The notes under the pieces were generated by a model. It was not told the DNA's origin. It made no database searches and worked only from the letters and a program-made list of their open reading frames with translations. DNA of 64,000 nt from Oscillospiraceae bacterium. Its GTDB lineage: Bacteria > Bacillota > Clostridia > Oscillospirales > Ruminococcaceae. The stretch spans positions 3,295 to 67,294 of the forward strand of contig JAAVZY010000021.1 in assembly GCA_022791945.1 (NCBI GenBank), written 5' to 3'. The first letter of the stretch is position 1, and the number at the start of each line of letters is the position of its first letter. Position numbers and translations under genes: made by a program. This document shows, in pieces, positions 7,211 to 17,528 of this stretch.

Positions 7211-9903
7211 TTTGGGCGATTCTGCTCCTGTCGCTGGGACTGCTGCTGGCGGTTCTTCCCGTAGTGCTTCTGCGAAAGCGGCTGGGACTGGCCTGGCTCT
7301 CTTCTCTGGCAGCGGGCGGTTTGCTGGTGGCTGCCTGCGGCGGCTGGTTCACCTGGGGCCAGATCCGCCAGAGCCAGGAGCGCCGGGAGATTGTCTACAT
7401 GAGTCTCCAGTATTTGAAGCAGGGCCGGGTGGACGAGGCGGCCTTTTATTTGAAGAAAACCGATTCGGCGGAAACCTTTGCCTCTGCCGGAGCCCGCTCC
7501 CTGCTGGAGCTGCTCCGGGGCAATGAGATCACCGCCCGGCTGAATCTGGACTCTGCCGAGGCTCTGGCCCGTTCCGCCCAGGAACGGGAGCTGCTTCCCA
7601 TACTCAAGGGCGTGGACGTATGGGAGCCGGCCCAGCTTCAAACAGCGGTCGGGCAGCTGGAAAGCGCACTGGGCCTCTCTCAGAAGCGGCGGGAGGCTCT
7701 GGATTTTCATGTCCGGCTGGAGGCCGGCGGTCAGAGCTGGGATCAGGAGCAGGCCCGGTCCGCGGGCCTGGGCGTGAACGAGCTGGAGCGGCTGACCGTC
7801 AGCTCGCAGCTGGGCTTTGGCTCCTATGAAGCGGCGGTCTCCACTGCGGTGGGACTAGCGGATCGGAGCCCCACCGGAGACAACCGCCTCCTTTTGGCGG
7901 AGGCGGTGGCGGAGTGCGCCTACCGGGACATCTCCCTGCCGGACGTCTTGTTCGATTCCAGCGGAAGCCCCTCTGCCGCCAAGGAGCGGGCGCGGCTTGA
8001 CAGGCGCCGGGAAAAGGCGGAACGGGATTTGGCGGCTCTGGAGCTCTCCATGAACGGGATCACCGATGCGGCGGAGCTGGACCGGCTCAACGCCCGGCGG
8101 CTGGAGCTGACCCAGGAGATTCTGGGGCTTCGGCAGCAGTCGGAGAAGATCTATGTCTACCGGGCGCTGAACTCCATTGCGGATCTGCGTTCCTTGGAAG
8201 CCCAGCTGACCAGGGCCCGGCTCTATTTTGCCCTGCAGGAGTATGAGCAGGCGGTGGACACCCTGCTGGGGGCCGCGCGTTCCTTCCAGGGGCGCACCAC
8301 CCCGGACCGCTCCCTGGCCAACGCGCTGCGGATCGTGGAGCAGGCCTACTCCGGCGAGGGGGAATTTTACGACAGCCAGGAGTTTTCCGACTCCATGACC
8401 CAGCTGCTTTCCGCACCCTTTTCGGATCTGCTGCATGTCAGCCAGAGCAGCCTGACCAAGGATTTTGTTCAGCGGATCTTAAGCGATCAGAAAACCTATG
8501 GCCGGAGCCTTTCCGTCTCCGGCCTGGACGCCAGCCAGTATCCCAAAATCAAGGTGACCCTCTCGGGGCGGGAGCCGGTTTTAAGGGAGATAGTCGATCA
8601 GGCGCACATCGTCTCCCGGGACACCCGGAAGGACATCTCCTATACCGCCCAGCTCCAGTCCGGGAACCGATCGGATGTCTGCGTGCTGCTGGATCGCAGC
8701 GGCAGCATGGGCGGCGAACCCATGCTGAACCTGAAAGAGGCCCTGCGGGATTTTGTACAGGGGATCGGGGAGGAAACCTCCCTTTCCCTGGTAGCCTTTG
8801 ACAGCCGGGCGGAGCGGCTGACCGAGCTCACCCAGGATCAGGCGCTGCTTCTTTCCACAGTGGACAGCCTTTCCGCTGGTGGCGGGACGGATATCACCGC
8901 AGGGATCCAGGCCGGGCTGGAGGTGCTGGAGGGCTCTGCCGGCAGCCGGTGCCTTCTGCTGATGACCGACGGTCAGAGCAGCGTGGATACCTCCATAATG
9001 GACGAGGCGGCCCGGCGGGGAATCATCATACATACCATTGGATTCGGCAGCGTCAACGACAGCCTTCTTCAGGAGATCGCCGACCGCACCGGCGGGCAGT
9101 ATGTCCGGGCGGATTCCTCCTCCGAGCTGCGAAATGTCTACGCCAGCCTCCAGCAGCTCATTGGGCATTTTGTCACCCTGGAGTATACGGTTACCGATAC
9201 GGAGACGGCAAACCAGCGGTATTTCTTCCTGGATACCGGAGCCTTCAGCGTCCGCAGGGAGTATGCCCTGGCGGAGGAGGGGGCGGAGCCCTTCCGGGTG
9301 CAGTTCTGCAATCCTGCTCTGACGGACGGGGAGACGTTCGCCCGGCTGGCGGCCCAGGGGAATCCTCTGCGGCTGACGCTCTATGGCGAGGGGCTTGATC
9401 GGGTGGAGCGGGTCACCCTGAACGGCCGGGAAGGCCAGCTTCTCCAGCGGGAGGCGGATTCCCTCCAGGTGGATGTGGTTCCCGATGGGCGGCAGGGCTG
9501 GCAGACCCTCACCCTGATCACCGGCGATGGGGAGGAGTATGCCTTCGACCGGCTCCTTCTCTCCGGAGAGATTCAGAGCTGGCGGGATCTCCGGATAGGG
9601 AATCTGCTGATTCCCTCCGCCAGGGGAATTCTTCCCGGGGACGGCACCCTGGTGGTGGGAGGAAGCGTGGGACTTCAAAACAGCGGGGATGGTTCCCTGG
9701 CTCTCTGGATGAACGGCACCCTGATCCTGCCGGAGCCCTCCGGCGGGGACGGGGATTTGGGCGAGCAGGCCAGCCTGCCCGGCTGGGGGCTGGTGCGGAT
9801 CACGCAGGAGGACGGGGCGTATGATCCCCTGGGGCCTCAGAAGGTGGCCGGCGGCGGATTCACCCTGGACTGCCGGCGGGGACAGGGCTTCCTGATCCGG
9901 TGA
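7207..9903 (+). CDS. Membrane-anchored von Willebrand factor A (vWA) domain protein
   Basis: The ATG at 7207 overlaps the upstream stop (ATGA) and follows ggaggtggagag. Two N-terminal TM helices. MIDAS motif DRSGSMGG with downstream GGTDI and LLMTDGQS. C-terminal beta-rich region. Confidence 0.8.
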   Translation: MIWAILLLSLGLLLAVLPVVLLRKRLGLAWLSSLAAGGLLVAACGGWFTWGQIRQSQERREIVYMSLQYLKQGRVDEAAFYLKKTDSAETFASAGARSLLELLRGNEITARLNLDSAEALARSAQERELLPILKGVDVWEPAQLQTAVGQLESALGLSQKRREALDFHVRLEAGGQSWDQEQARSAGLGVNELERLTVSSQLGFGSYEAAVSTAVGLADRSPTGDNRLLLAEAVAECAYRDISLPDVLFDSSGSPSAAKERARLDRRREKAERDLAALELSMNGITDAAELDRLNARRLELTQEILGLRQQSEKIYVYRALNSIADLRSLEAQLTRARLYFALQEYEQAVDTLLGAARSFQGRTTPDRSLANALRIVEQAYSGEGEFYDSQEFSDSMTQLLSAPFSDLLHVSQSSLTKDFVQRILSDQKTYGRSLSVSGLDASQYPKIKVTLSGREPVLREIVDQAHIVSRDTRKDISYTAQLQSGNRSDVCVLLDRSGSMGGEPMLNLKEALRDFVQGIGEETSLSLVAFDSRAERLTELTQDQALLLSTVDSLSAGGGTDITAGIQAGLEVLEGSAGSRCLLLMTDGQSSVDTSIMDEAARRGIIIHTIGFGSVNDSLLQEIADRTGGQYVRADSSSELRNVYASLQQLIGHFVTLEYTVTDTETANQRYFFLDTGAFSVRREYALAEEGAEPFRVQFCNPALTDGETFARLAAQGNPLRLTLYGEGLDRVERVTLNGREGQLLQREADSLQVDVVPDGRQGWQTLTLITGDGEEYAFDRLLLSGEIQSWRDLRIGNLLIPSARGILPGDGTLVVGGSVGLQNSGDGSLALWMNGTLILPEPSGGDGDLGEQASLPGWGLVRITQEDGAYDPLGPQKVAGGGFTLDCRRGQGFLIR

Positions 9904-9926
9904 TTTCCAGGAAAGGAGCTGAGGCG

Positions 9927-11270
9927 ATGAAGGCGCTGAAGATAAAGAAGGGGCCGATCCTGCTGCCGCTACTTCTGCTGGCGGCGGCGCTGGGGGCCTA
10001 CACCCTGCTGAACTACCAGGGGGTCACCGCGGCGGACAGCCTTTCCCTGGGGGAGCAGCAGCTGAACAATCTGGACTACAGCGGGGCGGTGGCCTCCTTT
10101 ACCCAGGCGATTTCCCTGGATCCCAGCAGCCGGGACGCCCGGATTGGGCTGGCCAAGGCCTACGCCGGCGCGGAGGAATACGACTTTGCCCAGCAGGTGC
10201 TGGATGATCTGGTGGGCGCGGAGAGGCCGGATGAGGACGCGGCCCTGGTGATGGTGGACATTCTCCGGAAGAACGGGCGGCTCTCCCAGGCGGCCCGGAT
10301 GGCGCAGCTCCTGGTGGACGCCACAGACGGGGACGAATACTACGCCCTGCGGGATGAGCTGCTCTCCGGCGTGTATGACGTCCCCTGTCATGGGGCCGCA
10401 GGGAACGGGTATTCTCTCCTTCTGCGGAACGGGCAGGTGTTGGGCAGAGGAAGCAACGACATGGGACAGCTGGGGCTGGATCCGGCGGCGACAGCTTTCA
10501 GCGATTCGTATAGTTCCTGCGGGTTTAATGGTACGGCGGTGAAGGTGGCCTGTGCCGGCCGGACCTCGCTGGTGGTGGATCAGTCCGGCGGGCTCTGGGC
10601 CGCTGGTGAGGATCGCTGGGGGCAGATGGGAGAGGGGTACGGACTGACCTCCTCCCGGAGCGGCTGGCGGCAGCTGGCCTGTCCCGGCCCTGTGGCGGAT
10701 GTGGCAGGCACCACCGGCAGGCTGCTGGTGCTCCTGCGGGACGGTTCCCTCTGGACAGCGGGCGCGGGAGGGGATCAGACCTTCCGGCGGCTGTCCTTTC
10801 CGGTGGTATCCGCCATTGCGGCCAGTCAGGATCGGGCTGCGGTGCTGACCGTGGGCGGGCAGCTGCATGTGAGCCGCGCGGATGCGCCGGAGCAGTGGAC
10901 TCTGGCGGCTTCCAACGTGGTCAGCTTCACCCTTTCGGGCAGCGGGCTCTGCTGGGTGACCGGGGAGAACGGGCTCTGCCTGGAACAGGGACAGCTCAAT
11001 GTCCCTGCCAGCTGGTATAACGGGGATATTTATCCGGACTTCACCCTGGAGCAGGCGGCGGTCCTGGAGAACGGGTCTGCCCTGCTGCTTGGCACCGGCG
11101 ACCGGCTTTACCGGCTTCCGGGCGACGGGACAGTGCAGGAGCTCCAGACCGACAGCCCGGTCCGAACCCTCCGGCCCATGGACGGACTGCTCCTGCTGGA
11201 GCACGCAGACGGCTCCGCCTCCTGGTGGAACCCCGCTTCCGCCTCCCTGGAGCCAACAGACACGCTTTGA
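9927..11270 (+). CDS. Signal-anchored TPR + RCC1-like beta-propeller repeat protein
   Basis: ATG at 9927 after aggaaaggag. N-terminal hydrophobic anchor, TPR-like helices, then RCC1-type signatures GRGSNDMGQLG and AAGEDRWGQMGEG. Confidence 0.65.
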   Translation: MKALKIKKGPILLPLLLLAAALGAYTLLNYQGVTAADSLSLGEQQLNNLDYSGAVASFTQAISLDPSSRDARIGLAKAYAGAEEYDFAQQVLDDLVGAERPDEDAALVMVDILRKNGRLSQAARMAQLLVDATDGDEYYALRDELLSGVYDVPCHGAAGNGYSLLLRNGQVLGRGSNDMGQLGLDPAATAFSDSYSSCGFNGTAVKVACAGRTSLVVDQSGGLWAAGEDRWGQMGEGYGLTSSRSGWRQLACPGPVADVAGTTGRLLVLLRDGSLWTAGAGGDQTFRRLSFPVVSAIAASQDRAAVLTVGGQLHVSRADAPEQWTLAASNVVSFTLSGSGLCWVTGENGLCLEQGQLNVPASWYNGDIYPDFTLEQAAVLENGSALLLGTGDRLYRLPGDGTVQELQTDSPVRTLRPMDGLLLLEHADGSASWWNPASASLEPTDTL

Positions 11271-11272
11271 GG

Positions 11273-11790
11273 CGGGGAAGGCCGCGAGAGCTCTGCTCTC
11301 GCGCTCTCGCCAAGGGGATTAAATCCCCTTGGAACCCGTAATTTTTAAGGGCTTTTTTAGGGGCGGAAAAAGGGGTGGTTGAGTCTGTACAGACTTCCGA
11401 ACGTCTGTCACGCAGACAGTCTGATTCCCGCAGTACGCTTTTTTCGTAAAGAAAAAAGCTCCCCCCTGCGTGCGGGATACTCCCTGTGCCGCACGGGGAT
11501 TTCTGCTCAAACTCTGTTAGACGCAGAAACCTCTTGCCCCCCTTGTATTCCGCTTCTGACGAAGCGGCGGGGGGAGGGCCAGGAGCGAAGCGGATGGCAG
11601 GGGGATTCCGTGCGTGGCACAGTGTTCCCCCTCCGCAGAGAGCATGAGCGTAACAGAACCCGCTCGAAACTTTCTGCGTCGCACCTTCTGCCCCCCAAAC
11701 CCCCCAAAAGACGGGAATCCAAGGGGAGCCAGCTCCCCTTGGCAGAGCGCGAGACAGAGTCTCGCGGCCTTGCCCTTCGACCACGCAGAG
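11273..11790. repeat. Mosaic multi-hairpin repeat, full copy
   Basis: ggggaaggccgcgagagctctgctctcgcg..ccaaggggattaaatccccttgg at the left. ccaaggggagccagctccccttgg..cgcgagacagagtctcgcggccttgcccttc-gaccacgcagag at the right. Confidence 0.9.
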
Positions 11791-11807
11791 ACTAGGAGGA
11801 GAGAGAA

Positions 11808-12059
11808 TTGGCTTCTGATAAGGCAATCATCATGATCAATCTGGTAAAGAGCGGGCGGACCTGCGACCTGGAGACGCCCCTGGACATCTCTGCCAGCGAG
11901 CTGTGCTCTGCGCTGTTTTCCAGGTACTTTCCGGAGCAGTATGGGGACATGAGCCAATATTATCTGCGGGCGGAACGCCCTATCGCCCTGCTCCGGGGGG
12001 AACGCACCCTGCGGGAATACGGCATCCGGGACGGCAGCGTCATCAATCTTGAAAGGTAG
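11808..12059 (+). CDS. esaB: YukD/EsaB-like ubiquitin-fold T7SS protein
   Basis: 83-aa ORF immediately upstream of essC. TTG start 8 nt after AGGAGG (alternative ATG at 11832). Size, position and the IDLxxxLD..xxSELxxAL / GIRDGSVINLER pattern fit YukD. Confidence 0.75.
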   Translation: MASDKAIIMINLVKSGRTCDLETPLDISASELCSALFSRYFPEQYGDMSQYYLRAERPIALLRGERTLREYGIRDGSVINLER

Positions 12060-12067
12060 AAGCCATC

Positions 12068-15000
12068 ATGAACCGTGAACAGCAGTATATTCTTACCATC
12101 CAGAACGGGGACGTCTTCAAAGAGGTGGACGTCTCCGGACAGACGCCCTCCCTGAAAATCGGCACCCTCCAGGACTGCGGGGTGCGGCTGAAAGGGGAGC
12201 TGTTTCCTGTTCCGATCTCCCTGGCGCTTCGGCTGGGGGAGGATGGCTGGCGGCTCTCCTGCGGGCAGGGGCTCTGCCTGAGCTCCTCCTCTGTCCAGGA
12301 CTGCGGCGAAGCCCTCATCGGCCACGGGGACATTCTCCGTCTCTGCCGGCAGGGAGAGCGTCAGGAGCTTCTGACCCTTTCCTTCTCCTACAACTTTACC
12401 GCCGGGTTGGGGGAGTTTGACACCATCCTGGACATTCGCGGCCAGTCCCGGATCCTCATCGGCAATCACCCCGCCGCCCAGATCCAGCTGGCAAGCGGCT
12501 ACATTGGGGAGGAATATCTGATCCTCTCCGCCGCGCAGAACGGCCGGTATGCCCTGGACGTTTCCAACGCTGCAGACGCCACCCTCAACGGCGTCCGCCA
12601 GCTCTCCTCCTGCACGGTGGGAGAGTTTGACTTCATTGGCATCGCGGATTACAGCTTCTACCTAAAAAACCAGCTTTTGTACACCCAGGGCCGAAAGGAT
12701 CTCACCCTCCGGGGCATCCCCTCCCAGCCTCTCCGGGAGGAGACAGCGGCCTTCTGCTACCCCAAGCTCAACCGGAGCCCCCGGATGGAGTATGTGTTTG
12801 ACCGGGAGCCCATCGAGATCCTCAACCCGCCCGGAAAGCCCTCAAAGCCCCGGGACAATCTGGTGCTTCAGCTCTCTCCCGCGCTGGCCATGCTGGCGGT
12901 CACCTTCCTGACCCGGAGCGGGCTCATCGGCGGATCCCGGCCCAGCAATCTGAGCTTCCTGCTCTTCAGCGTGGCGACGATGACGGTTGGCATCTTTACC
13001 ACGGTTCTGAGCTTTGTGCACAACCGGCGGCAGTACAAAAAGGATCTGGCCGCCTGGTATGGGGACTATGAGGCCTACATTGCTGCCAAACGCCTGGAAA
13101 TTCAGGAGGAGCAGCAGCGGGAGCTGGCCGCCCTGGAGGATCTCTCCCCCTCCGGGGAGCAGCTCAGGGACTTTGTGAAAACCTTTTCCAGCCGCCTCTT
13201 TGAGCGTTCTCCCGGGGACGGGGATTTCCTTCACGTCCGGGCAGGGCTGGGCGCGGTTCCCGCCCTGCGGCCGGTCACCAACAGCTGCGAGGAGCATATC
13301 AAGGAGGAAAACGATCTGGCCCATATCCCGGCGGAGCTCTGCAAGGAATACGCCCTGATCCAGCCTGCGCCGGTGATCCTTCACCTTCGGGAGTCGGGCT
13401 GTACCGGCGTGGTGGGCTCCCCGGAGGAGCAGTACGAATTCTTTAAGACCCTCCTGCTGGACGTCTGTGTACAGCAGGACTATGAGGAGCTCCAGGTTGT
13501 GGTATTCATCCCCAGGGGCCAGGAGGAGAAGTACCGGTGGATCCGCTGGTTCCCCCACATCCGGGAATCCGGCGGCGGGGCCAGGGGGATCGTCTGCGAC
13601 GACGAGAGCCGGGACAGCCTGCTGGAATACCTCTACGCCCTGGCAGGGGCCCGGAGTGCCGCGGCGGAGCAGGAGGGCGGCAGCGCGCCCCAGCCCAGCC
13701 CCCATGTATTGGTGCTGGTGCTGGAGGAGTACGGCCTCCGCACGCACCCCCTGTTCAAGTTCGCGGAGCAATGCGGCAGTCTGGGACTGAGCTTTGTCTT
13801 CTTCCAGGAGTACGGGGAGAACCTGCCCCGGTACTGTCAGGAGATCGCGGAGCTCCAGCCCGGCAGCGGGGTCCTTCTCCGGAAGGCGGATAAGGCGTTC
13901 CGCTCCCCCTTCCGGCGGGAAGGGGTGGACGACGCCAGCATCCGCTTTGCGGCGGAGCGTCTGGCCCCGGTCTACAGCGAGAAGATCGCCCTTGCCTCTC
14001 GGCTCACCGCCAAGATCACCCTGTTTGAGCTTTTGAATATCATTGAGCCCAAAAACCTGGATCTCCGCCAGCGGTGGGCCCGATCCAACGTGCAGAAATC
14101 CCTGTCCGCCCCTCTGGGAGTGGACGCCAAGGGCAGCGTGATAGCCCTGGATCTCCATGAGAAGGCCCATGGCCCCCATGGCCTGGTGGCCGGCACTACC
14201 GGCTCCGGCAAGAGCGAAATCATGCAGTCCTACATCCTCTCCGCGGCGGTGAGCTTCCATCCCTATGAGGTGGGGTTTGTGATCATCGACTTTAAGGGCG
14301 GCGGCATGGCCAACCAGTTCGAGCGGCTGCCCCATCTGATCGGCAAGATCACCGATATTGACAGCCAGGAGATCAACCGGTCCCTGCTCTCCATCCGGGC
14401 GGAGCTGGAGAAGCGGAAGCGGCTCTTCGCGGAGCATGAGGTCAACCATATTGACCAGTACATAGCCAAATACCGGGAGGGAGCGGCCCAGGTTCCCCTG
14501 CCCCATCTGATTCTGATTGTGGACGAATTCGCCGAGCTCAAGGCGGAGCAGCCGGAGTTTATGAAGGAGCTCATCAGCACCGCCCGGGTGGGCCGGAGCC
14601 TGGGCATCCACCTGATTCTGGCCACGCAGAAGCCCTCCGGCCAGGTGAACGAGCAAATCTGGAGCAACTCCCGGTTCAAGCTCTGCCTGAAGGTGGCTAC
14701 TCGGGAGGACAGCAACGAGGTGCTCCGCTCCCCGCTGGCGGCGGAGATTCTGGAGCCGGGCCGGGCGTATCTCCAGGTGGGCAACAACGAGGTATTCACC
14801 CTGTTCCAGTCCGCCTACAGCGGCGCCTCTGCCTCCAGCGATAAAAACGGCAGCATGCGGGAGTTTTCTATCCAGGAGGTGGATTTCGCGGGCAGGCGGA
14901 CAGAGGTCTACCAGCGAAGGGCCCCCCGCTCTGACGACGGCAGCCGGATTACGCAGCTGAAAGCCCTGGTGAGCTATATCAACGGCTACTGCCAGCAGGA

Positions 15001-16642
15001 GGGGATCCCCTCTCTGCCGGATATCTGTCTGCCGCCCCTGCCGGAGCTGCTGCCCTATCCCAGCCAGCCCCACAGCGTCCGGGCGCTTCCCGCAGGCGTT
15101 TATGACGCGCCCTCCAGCCAGCTCCAGCCGGAGCTTACCCTAGATCTACTGGAGGCCAATGTGATGATCATCGGCTCCGCCCAGACCGGCAAGACCACCT
15201 TGCTCCAGAGCCTCCTGCGGGGGCTTGCCGAAGCTGCCTCCCCCAAAGAGGTATCGGTCTATATTCTGGACTTTGCCTCCAAGATCATGAAGGTGTTCCA
15301 GGAGCTGAACCATGTGGGCGGGGTCCTTACCGATGGAGACGACGAGAAGCTGAAAAACTTCTTCAAGATGATCCTGTCCGGCATGGCCGAGCGGAAGGAG
15401 GTTTTCTCCCAGCTGGGCGTCAGCTCCTACGAGGCCTATCTGGAGCTTGCCCCGGAGAACCCCCTGCCGCACATTGTCATCATGGTGGATAATCTGGCCA
15501 TGTTCCGGGAGCTGTTCCCGGACTACGAGGAGGCCCTGCTGAACATCTGCCGGGAGGGCCTGGCTTTGGGCATCACCGTGATTGCCACCGCCAAGCAGAC
15601 CAGCGGCCTGAGCTACCGGTATCTGAACAGCTTTGCCCGGCGGCTGGCCTTCAACTGCACGGAAAACAGCGAGTACAGCAGCCTCTTTGACCGGTGTCAG
15701 CTTCGGCCCCGCAGCTTCCAGGGCCGGGGACTGGCGGCGGTGGATAAGGTCGTGTATGAATATCAGGCCTTCCAGCCCTTCCCCGGAGAAAAGGAGAGCC
15801 AGCGGACCGAGGCGATCCGGGCCTTCATTGCTTCTATGGAAGGGATCTGGGGCAGTCTCCGGGCCCGGCCGGTGCCCGGCATTCCCCAGCTGCTGACTGG
15901 GGATTACTGGGATGAGAACGGCCTCCGGTTTGACCCGTATGTAGTGCCAATCGGCCTGACCTACGGGGAGATTGAGCCCCTGACGGTGGATCTGGCTCAC
16001 ATCGGCGGCCTGGGCGTCTATGGACGGAAGGGCTTCGGCAAGAGCAACCTGCTCCGGATCCTGCTGGGATATCTCCAGCGGCACGTGTTCGACTTCCCCT
16101 CCCAGGTCTACCTGATCGACAGCTATGATCATCAGCTGGCGGAATTCCGCACCTTCGGAATCGTGGAGCAGCTCACCATTGACTGCGGGGATTTTGAGGA
16201 TATCCTTCAGACCTTCGCCGACGAGGCGGAGCGGCGGATGGATATCCTCCGGGAGGGAGCGGATCTGGCGGAGGAGCCCCTGCTGCTCTGCGTCCTCCAG
16301 AATCAGGGGATCTACGGGCCGGGGGCGGTGCCTAAGCCGGTCTGCGAGCGTCTTCGGCAGCTGCTCAAGGACGCGCCCCAGCTGAAGCTCTGCTTCCTGT
16401 TCTCCGATGTGGAGAACAACGGGGAGTACGCCCCGCCGGAGCTGCTGAAGGTAGTCCGGGAGCTTGGGCAGCAGCTTCTGCTGGATGATCTGCCCGGGGT
16501 CAAGTTCCTGGGGAGCAATAAGTTCACCCCGGCGGAGCTGAAGCAGAACCGGAAGCCTCTCTCCCTGGGAGACGGTTACTGGTACGACGCCAGAGACGGG
16601 GTGCAGAAGCTCCGGCTGGTCAAATGCGAGGAAGCAATCTGA
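12068..16642 (+). CDS. essC: Type VII secretion FtsK/SpoIIIE-family ATPase EssC/YukB
   Basis: 1524 aa. N-terminal tandem FHA-like region, two TM helices and three P-loop domains (GTTGSGKSE, GSAQTGKTT, GRKGFGKSN). Walker B IVDEFAEL. Confidence 0.95.
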   Translation: MNREQQYILTIQNGDVFKEVDVSGQTPSLKIGTLQDCGVRLKGELFPVPISLALRLGEDGWRLSCGQGLCLSSSSVQDCGEALIGHGDILRLCRQGERQELLTLSFSYNFTAGLGEFDTILDIRGQSRILIGNHPAAQIQLASGYIGEEYLILSAAQNGRYALDVSNAADATLNGVRQLSSCTVGEFDFIGIADYSFYLKNQLLYTQGRKDLTLRGIPSQPLREETAAFCYPKLNRSPRMEYVFDREPIEILNPPGKPSKPRDNLVLQLSPALAMLAVTFLTRSGLIGGSRPSNLSFLLFSVATMTVGIFTTVLSFVHNRRQYKKDLAAWYGDYEAYIAAKRLEIQEEQQRELAALEDLSPSGEQLRDFVKTFSSRLFERSPGDGDFLHVRAGLGAVPALRPVTNSCEEHIKEENDLAHIPAELCKEYALIQPAPVILHLRESGCTGVVGSPEEQYEFFKTLLLDVCVQQDYEELQVVVFIPRGQEEKYRWIRWFPHIRESGGGARGIVCDDESRDSLLEYLYALAGARSAAAEQEGGSAPQPSPHVLVLVLEEYGLRTHPLFKFAEQCGSLGLSFVFFQEYGENLPRYCQEIAELQPGSGVLLRKADKAFRSPFRREGVDDASIRFAAERLAPVYSEKIALASRLTAKITLFELLNIIEPKNLDLRQRWARSNVQKSLSAPLGVDAKGSVIALDLHEKAHGPHGLVAGTTGSGKSEIMQSYILSAAVSFHPYEVGFVIIDFKGGGMANQFERLPHLIGKITDIDSQEINRSLLSIRAELEKRKRLFAEHEVNHIDQYIAKYREGAAQVPLPHLILIVDEFAELKAEQPEFMKELISTARVGRSLGIHLILATQKPSGQVNEQIWSNSRFKLCLKVATREDSNEVLRSPLAAEILEPGRAYLQVGNNEVFTLFQSAYSGASASSDKNGSMREFSIQEVDFAGRRTEVYQRRAPRSDDGSRITQLKALVSYINGYCQQEGIPSLPDICLPPLPELLPYPSQPHSVRALPAGVYDAPSSQLQPELTLDLLEANVMIIGSAQTGKTTLLQSLLRGLAEAASPKEVSVYILDFASKIMKVFQELNHVGGVLTDGDDEKLKNFFKMILSGMAERKEVFSQLGVSSYEAYLELAPENPLPHIVIMVDNLAMFRELFPDYEEALLNICREGLALGITVIATAKQTSGLSYRYLNSFARRLAFNCTENSEYSSLFDRCQLRPRSFQGRGLAAVDKVVYEYQAFQPFPGEKESQRTEAIRAFIASMEGIWGSLRARPVPGIPQLLTGDYWDENGLRFDPYVVPIGLTYGEIEPLTVDLAHIGGLGVYGRKGFGKSNLLRILLGYLQRHVFDFPSQVYLIDSYDHQLAEFRTFGIVEQLTIDCGDFEDILQTFADEAERRMDILREGADLAEEPLLLCVLQNQGIYGPGAVPKPVCERLRQLLKDAPQLKLCFLFSDVENNGEYAPPELLKVVRELGQQLLLDDLPGVKFLGSNKFTPAELKQNRKPLSLGDGYWYDARDGVQKLRLVKCEEAI

Positions 16643-16666
16643 TTTTGATTCCCATGGAAAGGGGGA

Positions 16667-17071
16667 ATGGCTATGGCGGAAACAGCCGCCCGTCCGAACG
16701 CGCAGACAGTCCTGAACCAAACCAAGACCGCTATGGGAGCCGTCGTCGGGTCAGCCATGAGCGGCGCCCTAAACGGCGGCGAGACGGTCGCCCATCTGGA
16801 CACCAAGAGCTTTGAGGATGCCATAACGGCCTTCGGTAGCTACATCACCAGCTTTGAGACAATCGTTAAGGAGGTACGGGCGCTTCAGAAGAAGCTGCTG
16901 GACAACTGGAAGGGGGAGGGCAGCAAGGCCTACGACAAGGATTGCTGTCAGGTGTCTCTCAATCTGCAGGATCTTTCCGATATTATGTATGAGCTCCGGG
17001 ACGGCCTGATCAATGCCCAGGTGGAGTACATCCGAACGGATGCTGCTGTGTCCAAGGGCTTTGACTCATAG
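16667..17071 (+). CDS. WXG100-like small helical protein with N-terminal extension
   Basis: W-K-G motif (LLDNWKGEGSKAY) at the centre of a predicted helix-turn-helix. The start may be the ATG at 16673, 7 nt after ggaaaggggga. Confidence 0.6.
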   Translation: MAMAETAARPNAQTVLNQTKTAMGAVVGSAMSGALNGGETVAHLDTKSFEDAITAFGSYITSFETIVKEVRALQKKLLDNWKGEGSKAYDKDCCQVSLNLQDLSDIMYELRDGLINAQVEYIRTDAAVSKGFDS

Positions 17072-17082
17072 GGGGGATAAGT

Positions 17083-17523
17083 ATGTCTTTGGATTCGCTG
17101 AACCGGGAGCTCGACCGTTGGAATGATCGGGCGGACACTCTGTCCGATCAGGTGAAGAAGCTGAAAAACCGCAAAAGCGCGGTGGAGAAAATCCGGCGGG
17201 CGCTTTCCAGCACAGCCCGCAGCGGGAGCGGAAGCGCCAACAGCGCCCTCCAGGGCTGCCGGAGCGGTCTGGGGATGGGCGTCCGGTTTTCCGGTAAAGA
17301 GGCCCTGCTGGACGGGATTTTTGATCTGGAAAAAAAGGAAAAGTCCCTGGAACAGGACGGGGATCTCTCCCAGGCGGATGAGGCCCTGGGACAGGAGCTG
17401 CGAAGGATCGAACAAGATCTGAAGAGCGCGGAGAGCTCCCTGAAGGAAGCCAAGAGCGCCGTCAGCTCTACCAAAAGCGCCATTCGCAAGGAGAAGCTGA
17501 ACAACATCGCAAAGGGGAGGTGA
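17083..17523 (+). CDS. Small coiled-coil protein (T7SS-associated, function unknown)
   Basis: 146 aa with heptad-rich, K/E/L-rich sequence. Tightly packed between the WXG-like gene and the LXG-like gene. Confidence 0.55.
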   Translation: MSLDSLNRELDRWNDRADTLSDQVKKLKNRKSAVEKIRRALSSTARSGSGSANSALQGCRSGLGMGVRFSGKEALLDGIFDLEKKEKSLEQDGDLSQADEALGQELRRIEQDLKSAESSLKEAKSAVSSTKSAIRKEKLNNIAKGR

Positions 17524-17528
17524 CTGCC

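Noticed and set aside
12842-15073. 743-aa ORF on the - strand antisense to essC (also 15146-16720, 524 aa)
   Set aside because: This is a shadow ORF typical of high-GC coding DNA. Its composition is Gly/Arg/Pro/Leu/Gln-rich and low in complexity. It has no motifs and no RBS. The + strand carries unmistakable FtsK/SpoIIIE P-loops.
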